Positions 26,509 to 39,049 of a stretch of 64,000 nt of DNA are shown in pieces; the first letter of the stretch is position 1, and every line of letters starts with the position of its first letter. Under the pieces are notes generated by a model, which was not told where the DNA came from, searched no databases, and saw nothing but the letters and a program-made list of their open reading frames with translations. The position numbers were made by a program, and so were the translations under genes. Origin of the DNA: Amphiscolops sp. MND2022 (taxonomy: Eukaryota); contig OZ076409.1 in assembly GCA_964187785.1 (NCBI GenBank), positions 33,234,001-33,298,000 on the forward strand, given 5' to 3'.

Positions 26509-27375
26509 AATCAAGGGATTTAAATATTCTCATTTAACTTATCTACCAGAAGAAAAATTACCCCAACCAGTCAGTATTACAAATTGTCAAATGTTAATTC
26601 ATGGTACTAGTGGGTCAGGTAAGACATTTTTCCTTTAGTATTATTTAAATCAAACTAAATCAAATTTTATAGTATTCGGTAGTGATGAGACTGAGTTTCA
26701 CTATGATTGGTATGTACCTTTGTTGCAGTTAGAAAAGTTTGATATTGAATCACTTTCTAATAACACGATAAATTTAGAGGATGCAGGTGCATAAAAATCC
26801 TTAACACGAAAGTAGAAGACTTATTCCGGTTTTGTAGACATCATAATACACAAGGTATTTATCTTTGCACACTATGCAAAGGATGTTTTCCCAATAGTGA
26901 GAGAGAATTGATTTAAGTTATTTATAACAATTGTCAACCAAGATAGTTTCTTTGAAACAATTACAAACACTCATTCATTCAAAGATCTCAAGTAGAAACA
27001 ATACCGTGATCAGTTAGAATTTGGTATAATTGAATATGATACTAGATCACAAAAGTACAAAGTATTCAACCAGAAGTATCAGGTAGTTTTTGATACAACT
27101 AAACATAAATAGAGTCCTCAGGGTTATGTGTGTTTTGAGGCATAAATTTTTACTGGTGATGAATAAAATTGACTTAAAATCTTTTTGGAGGAAATGTTGG
27201 ATCAGACAATAGAATTAACCCATCAAAATATTCCTTATTATTATGTGAAGTATTGTAAACAAAATAAAATAAAAGTGAATGAATCCAAAATAGACAACTA
27301 GATAGGGCGTATGCAACAACCTAAATTTTCAGACAATCTTGAAGAGAATTTTAAGACTATAATATTAGCCCAGTG
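26509..27375 (+). pseudogene. P-loop ATPase no. 1 (FtsK/A32-like), decayed
   Basis: MLIHGTSGSGKTFFL Walker A at ~26591-26635; INLEDAG Walker-B-like at ~26768; later CRHHNTQ motif. Many stops, so absent from the ORF track. Confidence 0.7.
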
Positions 27376-27585
27376 AATCAGGTTTGGTGAAAATAATTAA
27401 ATATAATTAATTGTAATTAAATAATATATAAAGTAATGAAAATATTGCATCTGTTTTCTTAGTGATTTTTTAGTAAAATCACTAAGCAAATTCACTAAGA
27501 GGCTATATTCTCAGTCAGCCTTGTATCTCTGCACTCGAGAAGATATACCTTAAGTGACTTAGTGATTTAGTTATTTTTTACTATA

Positions 27586-30006
27586 TGAACGAAGTGTTTA
27601 ATTTGTAATGAATGTAGTGAAACTTCGCTGTGCGATGATTGTAGTAATAAAAAGAGACGTAAGAACTGTATCATAATGAAGACAGATTGTTTTTCAAACA
27701 AAAATGGTAAAATGTATGGTACATGCAAAGAATGTTTCAATAAAAAGTTGATGTGTAAATACAGTAATCGTGAATTCAATAAAACATTCTTATCAAAACA
27801 TGTCGAGATGCCTTATAAAAAACTTCATTCGAATAATACCGAAGGCGCTTCGAATATTACCGCAAAGCTGGCTTCGCATAAAATGATAAATCATAATGAT
27901 GAAAATAATAATGATGAAAATAATAGAACAAAAATAGTTGGTCCAACATTTTGTGGTAAGACCCATTTGTTTTTAAACAAATTACAATTAATTCGCTTGG
28001 ATAACCCTGAACAACGAACAAAAATAATAAGCAGATCACCGGAACAATATACAAATACAGCTTTGCTGGCCTTCGGTATAGAAATAGAAGACACTTCATT
28101 GGAAGAAGATGTAGAAGATGGAACAATACAACATTTTCAAAATTGTTGTGTTGTATTTGATGATATGTTGGATAGTACTCGAAAACTAATAGATCCGTTT
28201 TTTACTAGAGGATGACATAATGATTTAGAACTGTGATGATTTTCAACTGTTAGGGAAAGCAACCATTTGCGAGAAACAGGTGGAGGACGGACGGCAACTG
28301 AGCAACCAAACAGTGAACGCTGACTCTGCAAACCGCAAACATGACAGTCTTACCTACTGACAGTCTGGCACCAACTCTAACTCATTTGTTGAACAATTAA
28401 CTGCGTGCAGTGTCGTTAGTCGTTACTCCATATTCACTCGCACAATGTCTAAGCAGCTTCGGTCTGATGTATCCCGTGCGCGCATGTTTGCGTCCGAGTT
28501 TACTTGTTTCGAAGTTGATGGTGCGTTATTATTTTGCAAATTCTGCGAGACGGCGGTAGATTATACAATCAGATCGCGTGTTACTCAGCGTAGTAATACT
28601 GTTAAGCACCAAACCGCTTCTCATAGACAAAAACCCAATCAAACGTTTTTACAGGCCGCTAATACTTCCAAAACTGACAAGTTTACCGCAAATTTGTGTC
28701 AAGCATTGCTTGCCTCTAACATCCCAGTTTATAGGCTTAACTCTCAACCATTTCGGGAATTCCTACACAAGTATACCCAAAGGCAAATCCCAGAAGAATC
28801 CACACTGCGCCAAATCTATATAGCGGCGTTTTACCAGTAGAAATTCGAGAAGCTACAGGCACTTTTCGCTGGGAAACGATTTTGGCTTAGATTCGACGAA
28901 ACTACAGATGCAAAAAACCGGTTAGTGGCTAACGTCCTTATGGGTATTCTGGACAAAAACGAAACTCAAATTCCGTATCTTGTTCAGCTAGTTTTTTTTC
29001 GAGAAAACAGACTATTCGGGCATCTCTCAAAGCATCATTAGCACACTGAAGTTGGTCTTCAAGTGTGGCATTCTTTACGGTAAAATCCTCGTGTTGCTGA
29101 CAGATGGTGCTTCTCATAACAAGAAAGGTCTTTGAGGAATAATTCCGAAACTGATGGAATACAAACTCTTGTGGAGAAAGACAACCGACATCAGGTTGAA
29201 GCAGAACTGAATTGCATTCGCTCAAAGTATGGTCTTCTTAGCAGTTTTTTCCCGCAGTTGCAGAAAAGACTGTCAATCTTGGAATGCATTGAAAAACTGG
29301 ACAAGATAAAATCCCAGCTGTTTCACGATATTGGAAAAAAGAAACTCATTGCTAAACTGGATTGCAGGAAATTCTTCAAGTAGAAGATCAGCTTGTATCC
29401 GGAACACTGATTGAGGGACATTTTCGTGTTCGAAAATTGTCTATGGAGGACATTAGAGCTGCAAAGTTTGCCCCTTCAGCAGCCAATGACGTGGAGCGAA
29501 ACTTCTGCATTTACTCCGATATTCTGAGTTGCAAACGACACGCCCTTACAGAGGACTCTCTGACAAAACTTACGTTTACGTTTTTGTACATAAATTCCCA
29601 ACTGTGAAGTCTGCGTATTTTTGGTTTAATCAACTATTTTTGCAACTATTTCTGATTTTCTGTTGACCATTGTAGTTACTATTTTAGAAGTTTAATGAAA
29701 CTCTTTTCCGTGCGTTATTTATCACAGTCATACTTTAATTTGACTAAAGGCACCATACACAACAATAGTAAAATAATAATTTTTTTCCAACAATCATTGA
29801 GTGATGTAGAACATGTATACAGAGAAATAGCAGGTTTCGATATGTCTTATGATGAATTCAAAAGTTTCTGCAGAGAAGCATGGAATGGAAAATATAATTA
29901 TCTAAAAATAAACAGGCTAGAAGGTAAACACGGGTACAAGTATAAAATATGCAGTGAATCTATTCCGAAGTATAAGTTCTTCAATCCACAAACGGGTCCT
30001 TTTTAA
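27586..30006 (+). pseudogene. Packaging ATPase no. 2 (A32-like) with N-terminal Cys-rich zinc-finger region, split by a hAT insertion
   Basis: IVGPTFCGKT (Walker A), CCVVFDDML (Walker B), FTRG*HNDL before the insertion; YLSQSYF...TIHNNSKIIIFFQQ...MSYDEFKSFCREAW after it (29715-30006). Confidence 0.88.
28230..29712 (+). mobile_element. hAT (CGGBP1-like) DNA transposon relic nested in the Polinton ATPase
   Basis: ORF pieces LFCKFCE...TVKH, LLASNIPVYRLNSQPFREFL, FDETTDAKNRLVANV, LTDGA, KFAPSAANDVERNFCIY. Higher GC than flanks. TIR/TSD not clean, so ends are approximate. Confidence 0.85.
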
Positions 30007-30049
30007 ACAAAGACATTAATCAAATGCTGAAACACAAATCAAAGATTTG

Positions 30050-30978
30050 CAAGCTAACTGAAGGAGCTTGTAAAATTTTGGTGTTGATTTGTTGTAATAC
30101 ATTCATAATCCAGTAGTTTATCAACAACTGCTACGATTTTTCACAAAGCATAGGATTATCATTACCTCCTACTTTTTCTAAAAAAGTAATTTGAGTTGAT
30201 CTACAAGCTCATCTGGATCAGATGGGAGGAAGACATACTGTTTCAATCCACTTCCTATTTGGGGTTGAATTAAATACTTCAATATATTATATCCACTTGA
30301 TTTTTTATCTCCATAATTTATATCACACTCCATGTCATTTAAAAAAAATTAAATTAGGTTCACGTTTTGTATTTCTTTTTCTATTTGTGTGTTCTATAAA
30401 TTATGAAAGATCCGAATCATTTAAATTATACATGTTGTTATTGCTTAGGAAGGTTAGTGTTGAACCTTTGATTATTACTCCTTGTGATTAGTAGGGTTAA
30501 TTGCAAATAAATTTGGATTACCTTCCACGCGTTGTAATCTGAATTGACTTTGGGTGTTGAGGAGGTTAGAAACTATTTTAACGATATTAGAATCAACTTG
30601 GCTTGAATTAACAAGATCTGTAACAAGTTGATTTCTACGGTTAGTACTTCCATCATATTCTTGTATTCCTTCTTTAAAAGATTTTCGTGAACTTTTAGTC
30701 AAAGCGTTACTCGATTCTCGTATTGCTCTGGTTTGGTCTTATATTGCTTTTGTTGTAGTTTGAGTAGAATCTGGTAGTACTTGTATTTGCTTTTCAGATT
30801 CTAGCTTTGTTTAGTTTTGTCTTTCTTTGGTTTTGGCTTTGTTTCTGGATTTCAGTAACGGGTTCAAAAACTTCCATATCATAAGGAAAGTCGTGCTTCC
30901 CAAGTTTCTCTTCTAACCTTTCTTGATGCAGAGATTTTGTTTCTTACATTTTTTTTGGCTTTTGTAAATCATCTCCAT
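30050..30978 (-). pseudogene. Conserved Polinton uncharacterised protein, decayed
   Basis: C-terminal PSDPDELVDQLKLL..EKVGGNDN...IVAVVDKLLDYECI motif typical of Polinton core ORFs; N-terminal FEPVT motif. Confidence 0.65.
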
Positions 30979-31049
30979 TATGAATTGAATAACATTAATA
31001 TCAAATTATCTTTTAATCATAATAATTTTGAATTGATATTTAATTAATG

Positions 31050-31430
31050 AATTTTACCTAAATATAAACACTTTCCTTGATGAACGAATTTTATATTATC
31101 AGGAGCAGTTGCAGCAATAACTTTTGGATTTTTACTTGCTGCTGCAATTCCAACATTTGCTGCTATTTCGAGTGCTCTTCCAGGATTATTCAAAACTTTT
31201 TCCAACATGTTTTGCTGCTTTTCCTAGCGAACGTGAAACTTTCGTAAAAAAAAATCACCCAATCCTTCTGCTTGTATAGTTCGATCTGATACTTACTTCT
31301 TTTACACGTTACACAAGTACCTCTCAAAAGTTTAAATTTCAGTCCAGTTTTTTATTTTGAATAATATCCTCACGAATATTTGTGGTAGCGGAATAATACT
31401 TTCCACAAACACAATATGAATTACTTTAGA
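31050..31430 (-). pseudogene. Small Polinton virion-type protein (Cys-pair N-terminus followed by an amphipathic GLGDFF segment)
   Basis: YCVCG...GTCVTCK...TIQAEGLGDFF...NNPGRALEIAANVGIAAASKNPK...GKCLYLGK. Confidence 0.55.
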
Positions 31431-31499
31431 GCTCATTAAAGCTCATAAAAAGCTCATTAAAAAAATATAATCATTTTTTTCTTCGCTTCGCATTAGAGT

Positions 31500-32408
31500 T
31501 AAACCTTTAAGATTCGAATTGTGAATGTTAATTTTTCGGAATTGAAATTAACTGGGTTATGGTTGGAGTCGTCTAGGAAAAATTGAATAATATCCAGTCG
31601 TGTTTTGTTCATTTTTGATACAAAACAATAATGGGTTCTTTTATAATTTTGTATCCAGGAGTTGCGCTTAAATTGAAAGAAAACAAAATTTGTTTTGGTA
31701 TACCATTAACAATTGAACCATCTACACTATCTTACTTCAGATGAACTTTGTCTGTGGTTGTTATCATAACTGGTTTTTCTGATTTATGAGATACTTCTGA
31801 GTAGTCGGTGTTTGTAAATCCTAAAAGGGTGGTAAGTTCGGAGTTAAAACGTATGTCATTATATTTGTTAAAACTGATTTCATTGATATTCTATCTGCTT
31901 GTATGTTGAGTTCAAAATCAGAATCAGAAAGTATTTGCTTGATGGTATTATTGATAACAACTAATTCATATACTCCTGGTGTTAACTCACTTTCAAAGAA
32001 ATCATTTTCAATTACAAATTCAGGAATATTTATCTTATCTTTATCGATACGCTAAGCGCCTTCGGTATCGAGAGATTCCTTGTTAATTTGCTCACTTATT
32101 TTTTTAAATAGTCAAACATTTTACTTGTAAGGTTCTTATTTTAAGAATAACTATCAATAATATTTTATTATCTTTTTCTATATTATGCGAAGCCAGTTTT
32201 GCAGTACCGGAGGTTTTACATAAATACTCAACATTTGCTCCTAATTGAGTGAACTAATGGTTCTGGCAGCTCCAAGGGAACATCGCATGAAAAAGATTAT
32301 TTTGTGTAATCATTTTATATTCTAGATTTTCCTGAGGTTTGGATGATGTAGTTTCAACAATATCCAAATTAGATTTTGCAATACTCAACAAAACAGATTC
32401 TTTATCAT
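31500..32408 (-). pseudogene. Polinton minor capsid protein (penton), decayed
   Basis: LTPGVYELVVIN, LLGF, KVHLK*DSVDGSIVNG..KQILFSFNLSATPGYKIIKEP, FLDDSNHNPVNFNSEKLTFTI. Confidence 0.82.
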
Positions 32409-32549
32409 TGTAAAATTAAAAAACTTGATAGATCCATTTATTAGGAAACAAATCTATTCGCATGTTTGTTTGAATTTTGACTTGGATTTTTGCGACTCAA
32501 AGATTCAAATTGAGATGAAAAACTTTTAGCTTTTTTCATTTATTGAGTT

Positions 32550-32935
32550 TAAAAGTCTGATAGTATAATTTTGAAACTTCTATTTTAAAGCCTATAATTT
32601 GAGTGAGATATAAAACATACAAACAATACGCTGCACAATAACTATCATTTTTTCTGAAATTGATATTCTGAATAAATACCTCTATTAATTTGTTTTGTTA
32701 TGTTTACAGGCGGAGAAAAGCCATATTAATCAAAATAGTTTTGATTTGTATACACAACTCAGTGTGTTCCTAAGGAGGGATGTAAGTTAACTATTCTTGC
32801 CGTAGTTGTATCATCTCTCATGTACACTCCACGGAAATCATAAATCATTAATTCATTAGGTAGTTCTTTGATTTTTTTATCAGAAGTTGCTTCATTTTTT
32901 AGTCCGTATTTTTCAACGAATTCTTTGAATGATAG
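32550..32935 (-). pseudogene. Adenovirus-like cysteine protease (adenain/C5), decayed
   Basis: IVNLHPSLGTH*VVY (catalytic His), YFD*YGFSPP, QFQKNDSYCAAYCLYVL (catalytic Cys). Confidence 0.85.
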
Positions 32936-32944
32936 CTATTTCCT

Positions 32945-34440
32945 TTAATAGTTATTTTTCATCGATTTCATTTTTTTTCGTCGTTAAAATCACTCATTTT
33001 CGAGAAAAATGAGAAAAACCAATTTTCACATCTATTTTGGCAAGTGCTGATTGCTGGGTTCAAGATACAGAACACTTCATTTTTGATACAAATGTATCTT
33101 CTGATAAGGAATCTAATTCATTTTCAAAATCTTCTATTTTGGAATGGATTATTTGGGCCATTTTTCCTTGACTCTTTATCATATCTTTTAAGTCCTGATA
33201 TTCCCTTAATTTTAGCTGTTCACTAGAAAAACCAGACTTTAAGATGATGAAAAAGCCGGATGTTTTAACATCATTGGCGTTTCGAGACCTTTCGAATGAT
33301 GTATCAAATGTAGGGTTTCTGAAACTTTTATATTCTCTACCATGAAGATGCATATGTTTAAGGGTTTCAGGTTTCAGTCTAAAACCGCTACTAAATTCAG
33401 TCTAAATTTAAAATTACTTCCAACACCAATGTTTGCAATCATTTGTTTGCAGATTACATGTCAAGTGAGTTTTGACGTTTGCATGGAGCTTCCAGTTTTA
33501 CTTCCGCCCGCTTGCGTTTTCTTTGGTTTTTAACACCATTTCGGAGTTGCACCGCACTAAGCGTCTTCATTATCTCACGTCGTTTATTCTCTTTCTCTGT
33601 TATTTTCTTCAAGTTTTCCAGTATATTAGTCGCAAAAACGATGTGTGTTCGAACAATAGACACTTTAACATTTTCTATACAATTGGCCAGTTAGGTTAAA
33701 TACGCAATGTTAATCAACTGATTGTCTTTTTTCAGATCCTCTTGCATTTGTGCCACATAATCGCCGATATCTTCTTTTATTTCTCCATGTCGTTCAATAA
33801 GTTGTTTTATATTTTGAACCAAACTGTTTGTTCAAGATGAAAACGTTAAAATGGTTTTGTATCTTTTTTCACTTGCAACGTGTATTTACTATGCTCAAAC
33901 ATTGTGAAAAAACCGACAAGTTTAGAAAAACCGATATGAAGAATAATAAAATGTTATCGTTTTTACTGGACTTGTGGGAAATAATACAGCAACGCTGGCT
34001 TCGCATACAGCAACGCTGGCTTCGCATACAGCAACGCTGGCTTCGCATACAGCAACGCTGGCTTCGCATACAGCAACGCTGGCTTCGCATACAGCAACGC
34101 TGGTTTCGCATATCGCTTTGTAACGGTTAGATATAAATTTGGATTGTTTCCACTTGTGCGCGTTAGTTATTCAAGTTTTATATTAATGCCATGCAACAGT
34201 GTGTTTCCACTTGAATGCTACATTTCGTTCCAAAAAATTCTCTTTTACTATACACAGCAACATGGAGGATAGTGATTTTTTCCTTGGGACAAATATTTTC
34301 AGTGGAAGTTTTTGTTCAGTGATTTTTATTTCGTTTGTTTTTTTTTAGTTGCGAAAAATGATTAATTTTAGGTGATTTGCCTTGAAAATATGCTTAGTTT
34401 GATGGTCTGGCTGATCAGGATCTGCATTTCGCATACTTCT
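32945..34440 (-). repeat. Polinton right TIR, about 1.5 kb
   Basis: Inverted, noticeably diverged copy of 13694-15190; followed by TSD CCCTAT. Confidence 0.88.
33984..34109. repeat. Tandem repeat, 6 x 21 bp ATACAGCAACGCTGGCTTCGC within the right TIR
   Basis: Directly visible; left TIRs hold 3 degenerate inverted copies (~14025-14087, ~18299-18360). Confidence 0.95.
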
Positions 34441-37368
34441 CCCTATGGCGAAAAGCACGTGCCACTTCTGTATCTGTAGAAAAAAGAGAAGTCGAGAAAA
34501 ATTTTAATTAGACAATTGGCTCCCGGGAATCGCTACAGATTACTAAAGCAAGAAGAAGCGGAAATAAAATTCTAAGGTAATGGCTCAGAAAAGGGCTTTA
34601 GCGACGTTCGTCACGTGCAAATTTGTTGCTGTAAATCGGTAATTGGACCTATTGTAGTAGAAACTTGAATGCTGCAATTCAACTAATTTCCATTTTGGTT
34701 CTAAGATCTCCAGCTCACAAGCCGGGCGCCACTTGTAAAGCATTTTTCAAACTATGTGCATGAATGTAATAACTTCTGGAGTATATGGTAATGTTCCATA
34801 ATAACCTATGGAGGTAATTTGGTAAATTGGACACTCAATGAGTTTTGCAACAAATTCCATGACATTTTTCTCGACTTTGTTTTCGATGACTATAGCTACA
34901 GTTAGGCCGTGTTTCTGGAAAACAAGCTGTCAGTCACTATTACCAGTTACAGACTGACATTCATCGGCAGGCATCCGACTTTGGAGATGAAATGGTTCTT
35001 TTGATACACAAGACTGTCCCTGGCATTTGAACCCCATCACCTGAGGCTTTTCAACCTCGTAGAAATAACAGAAAATGCTTAATGTGAATTAGAAACAGTA
35101 ACATTTTTGTATCAGCATTCTTCCGACGATACAACATGGCACCGCAAAGTTTTGCAGGTTTCAAAAAGACGCTGTTCTAATTTTGAAAGCAGCTGAGACC
35201 TTCATCAATTTTACCGCAATTTCGAAATAAAATTAAATCGAATCAGTGAAGTTTTGTTGCATGGACGTTTCGTTGAGAATTTTTTAAAATCATGGAATTC
35301 TACCAAAACATGTAAAAAGTTGAAAAAGTTCCAACCAGGGCAAACCCATTGAAACTTCTACGATTATTTTGAAATAAAGAGATTGAAAATCAATCAAAAC
35401 AATTCTGCGAAAACTTCAAGTGAAAAGAGCTTCAGTTTGGAAAATGCGAATTGAAAGTAAAAGAGCCAACAATGGCGAAAGTCGACAGCACATCCTTCAA
35501 GCTCAAAATAACAAATGATGAAATGAGAAAAAATGTAAAAATGTTTAAAACTTTTCGAAGTTTTCATTTTTTGGTCATAGGGAGGGGTATCACGATGACT
35601 TTCAGAGTTTTACACATTCTGATATCTATGTCGCATTCACCCCATTTCAGGCTATTTTTGACGATTTACATGTCAGGCATCGCACACAAAATTTTTCAAT
35701 CTGCTCTGTTTCAATTGCTTGTAAAAAGATTCCCCAAAACTATTTAGTTTCAATTTTTGCTGCTAGTCAAATTAGCCAAAATTTGCGACAACCCATAAAT
35801 TTTCAGAGTTTATGTCAAATGCAGAGTTTATGCCAAAACGCGGGAAAACAAAACTAAACTCGAAGCTTCAAAAACTAGAAATAGTAAATCTCGTGAAAAA
35901 CGATCCCGATTGCTTTAATTGGCTCGAATAAAAATACGGCTATCCATTTCATAACACTGCTATCAATTCTATAAATCAAATTGAACTTCAGCTTATCAAA
36001 CGTGAAATGTATTAAATTGTTAATCAAGTCATACCCGAACTTTATGAAAATTTTTTTTTGCTGCAAAACCATATAAAACTATAACACGTTCTAAATTTCT
36101 GCCCTGCAACAGATTCAAGTTATTTTACAAAAAAATCATTAGTTCTCAAGTACAGTACTGTGATTAAGAAATCGTCCCCGTATGCGCTGAGCGTCGTTAT
36201 AAACCTATCAGAATTCCTTATTTGTTCTCACTTTCAATTCTGATTGGCGCGTCCAGGGAAATCTCGGGCGCAGAAAGAACTCTTCTGCTATCTTCCCAGT
36301 TCTGGGCAGGTTTTCTAAAAAATTTTAAGGTCATAGGTTTCTACAGATTATCTAGAATTCAATGATATATTTTTTTATTCAAACTTATTCCGAATGAAAA
36401 AATAATCGATGAAGCTTTTTCACCGCGAAACGTTAATTTCTTATCTTAATACATGTAAGTTGACGAAATTTTTCGAAAATGGTTGGTTATTTTTGAAATC
36501 AAAATACATCCGTGCATTCAGCGGATTTGTGGTAATTAATGGAGCATAAAACATTCCAATAAAACTGTGGATAAAACGGTCAAAAATTAGAAAAACGGGA
36601 AAAAGTCCCAAATTTGCTCAAAATCAGCTATTTGTATTTTATCGCCCTTATTGTATTTACTTTTTTTGACTCTCACTGCCAGTGACTGTTAGGTCAACAG
36701 AACCAAAAATTATACTGTCTTTGAAAAACTGGAGTTTGGGGAAAACATAAATTACTACTTGATGGCAATTGTCAATATTAATTCCAAAATGAGTATTGTC
36801 TTCAAACATCCACTTACAAAACACGAAATTGGGAAGAATGAAACATTTAATTTGGCATGAAATTTTCCATAAATATTACGAGCAAAATGTTTTACGCAAC
36901 ACATCTTCCACCGTTAATCGGATTGGGGGAAACATTGAATAAACGGATTCATAATAATAAACGGATGAAGAAGAAATTAAATATAAAATGCGATATTTTG
37001 AAACGATCACCAATTGCTCCATGAATATTAAACAGTTCATTAACTATTGTCTTCGATAACGAGTAAAACAGTCAGCACTTTACAATGAAAATATCAAGTA
37101 TTTTAAACACCGAATACTACAACAGGGAAAAGACTTTTTAAAGTTGATCACACAAATTGATTTAAAGTAAGAAAATCAAAGACATTTGCATTTTGGTTTT
37201 CCTGTGCATCCAATCATTCAAACTTGTGATCTGAGGTTATGCAGTCAAGGTATGCTCACTTGGTCGAAACCATGACATCAACTTTTAGGACATCAAAACA
37301 GTTCCACGTCATTCGTATCCTCCAATGGAGTTACTAGAAGGAAAGTCGTGATCGGTGTGATTAACCAA

Positions 37369-37537
37369 TCAGCTTTGATTGTTGAGCATGGCGGCATTCT
37401 CTCTTCGTGTTTGCTCCATGAGTTTCTGGGCACTGTGCATACCTAGATTGGGTTCCATCGGGTCTGGCACTGCCATGTAGGAGACCACGCTGGGACTCCT
37501 AGACAGGTCTTTCACTATGTGCGGCATACTCGTGGCC
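37369..37537 (-). CDS. Host GPCR terminal coding exon (cytoplasmic tail)
   Basis: CAG acceptor at 37538-37540. Phase matches the preceding exon (AG|G = Arg). Reads ATSMPHIVKDLSRSPS...NNQS to a stop. Confidence 0.7.
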
Positions 37538-38345
37538 CTGCGGAGAAGAAATGAAGAGTGAATCATGCAGGTTCACCGTCAATACGAACTATGGCTGGTT
37601 CAATGGAAACCTGATTCATTAGCTGCAAGCCTACTAAACTACTACAGGTCATGACAATATTCCACCTTCAATCAGGTTTTCAATCATACGTAATCCATGC
37701 CAAAACGGGTCCTTTATGATTCCTTTATGTTACTGAAGTAAACTGAAGTATTTCACAAAGTTCTATCACAAAACAGAAAGTAGGAGATATCTTAAATTCT
37801 ACTAAAATCTTTTCAGAAGTTTCTATATAAAACACCTTACACCTGATTGCTCCTCGAAAGTTTGAGTTATTTGAGGCAATTCATTACAAACCTCTTCCAA
37901 TTCTCTGTTAATATCTTTTGAAGTAATGTTTAATTGTTTAAATTTTGGATTCATGCATTCATCTAAAACGTCAGTTTTTAACGTAGTTCAAGTCTGCTTA
38001 GACTGATAAAAATTCAAGAGTCAAGGAGAATATTCAATGTCTGGCGAATCAACGAAGACAGTGCATTACAATTTGTTTCAATGATCCCCCATTTGCAAGA
38101 CTTCAAAAACAGCTAACTTCATTTCATGTCCTAGCCGCCATTTAGCATCTGCAGATTTACAGTAAAAAACATTTACTGCTAGTTTCGTGGAGTCATTAAA
38201 AGGAATCACGAATGACTTCAAAACGTCATTTTTGGGAGTGGGCAATAATGAATTACACATGCTACCAAGTTCAACAACTTCCAAAATGTTTATGGCGGTT
38301 GGATTTTTGCAGGCTATTTTTTGTACAATAGATTAGTGTTCCAAC

Positions 38346-38495
38346 CTGTAGGAGCTGACGGAGGTGCAAGGTCTAGCGGGGTGTGGCCGGTAGGGCTGGG
38401 GGGTCATGGTGCTGCGTGAAGCATTGCAGATCTTCTCCTTGTCGTACTTGACACAGGGCACAAAGCGAAAAATGTACTTGAAGCCTTCTCGGAAC
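38346..38495 (-). CDS. Host GPCR exon: helix 8 and tail
   Basis: AG/GT bounded, 150 bp. FREGFKYIFRFVPCV resembles the tachykinin receptor RFRxGFKxAFRxCPF. Confidence 0.85.
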
Positions 38496-38965
38496 CTGTC
38501 AACACACAGCAAATTATATCACAGCACAATCAAATTGAAATTTTAACCCAGAATGAGGTCATCCAAAGATCTGGTGCTTAAATTTAAATCGCAATATCTC
38601 CAAAACTATTCAAGTCCGACAAACAATCTTTAGCACGTTCGAAAGAAGACAATGAGGGCTTTCGTTTTGATTTTTAAACTACTGGGCTAGTGGCCCGCTG
38701 GCGTGTAGCTTCGTTACACTGGCTCAGGACTTTGCCCCAAAACTTTACACGCGTCGTCTCTGACTGCAATTCATCATGTTTCAAAACATGCTAGGGCCAC
38801 TTTGACTCAATCTTGTCCCCAGTGGTATGAAGTGGCTACACAAGAAAACAGGAAAAAAAGGAAATTTTGCGCTCAATCCTTTTTAATTTTCTGGTCCCGT
38901 TTTTTTTTAATTTGGAGACATCAAGTTAACAATCCGTGAAAATGCGTGCAATGCTACGTAGCATG

Positions 38966-39049
38966 GATGACGGTAAGGTTGACTAAGATTTTCAGACGAT
39001 ATTACGTACGTAATATCATCTGAAAATCTTAGTCAACCTTACCGTCATC
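38966..39049. repeat. 84-bp near-perfect palindrome
   Basis: GATGACGGTAAGGTTGACTAAGATTTTCAGACGATATTACGT followed immediately by its reverse complement, with one mismatch. Confidence 0.95.

Larger units (their letters stand above)
13694..34440. mobile_element. Polinton/Maverick (adintovirus-like endogenous virus), decayed; the contiguous copy starts at the duplicated left TIR at 17968
   Basis: Starts AGTAGTATGCGAAATGC, ends GCATTTCGCATACTTCT. 6-bp TSD CCCTAT at 13688-13693 and 34441-34446. Contains pPolB, integrase, ATPases, capsids and cysteine protease. Confidence 0.95.

Noticed and set aside
33828..34130. ORFs with IQQRWLR / CCMRSQR repeats
   Set aside because: Translation artefacts of the 21-bp tandem repeat in the TIR.
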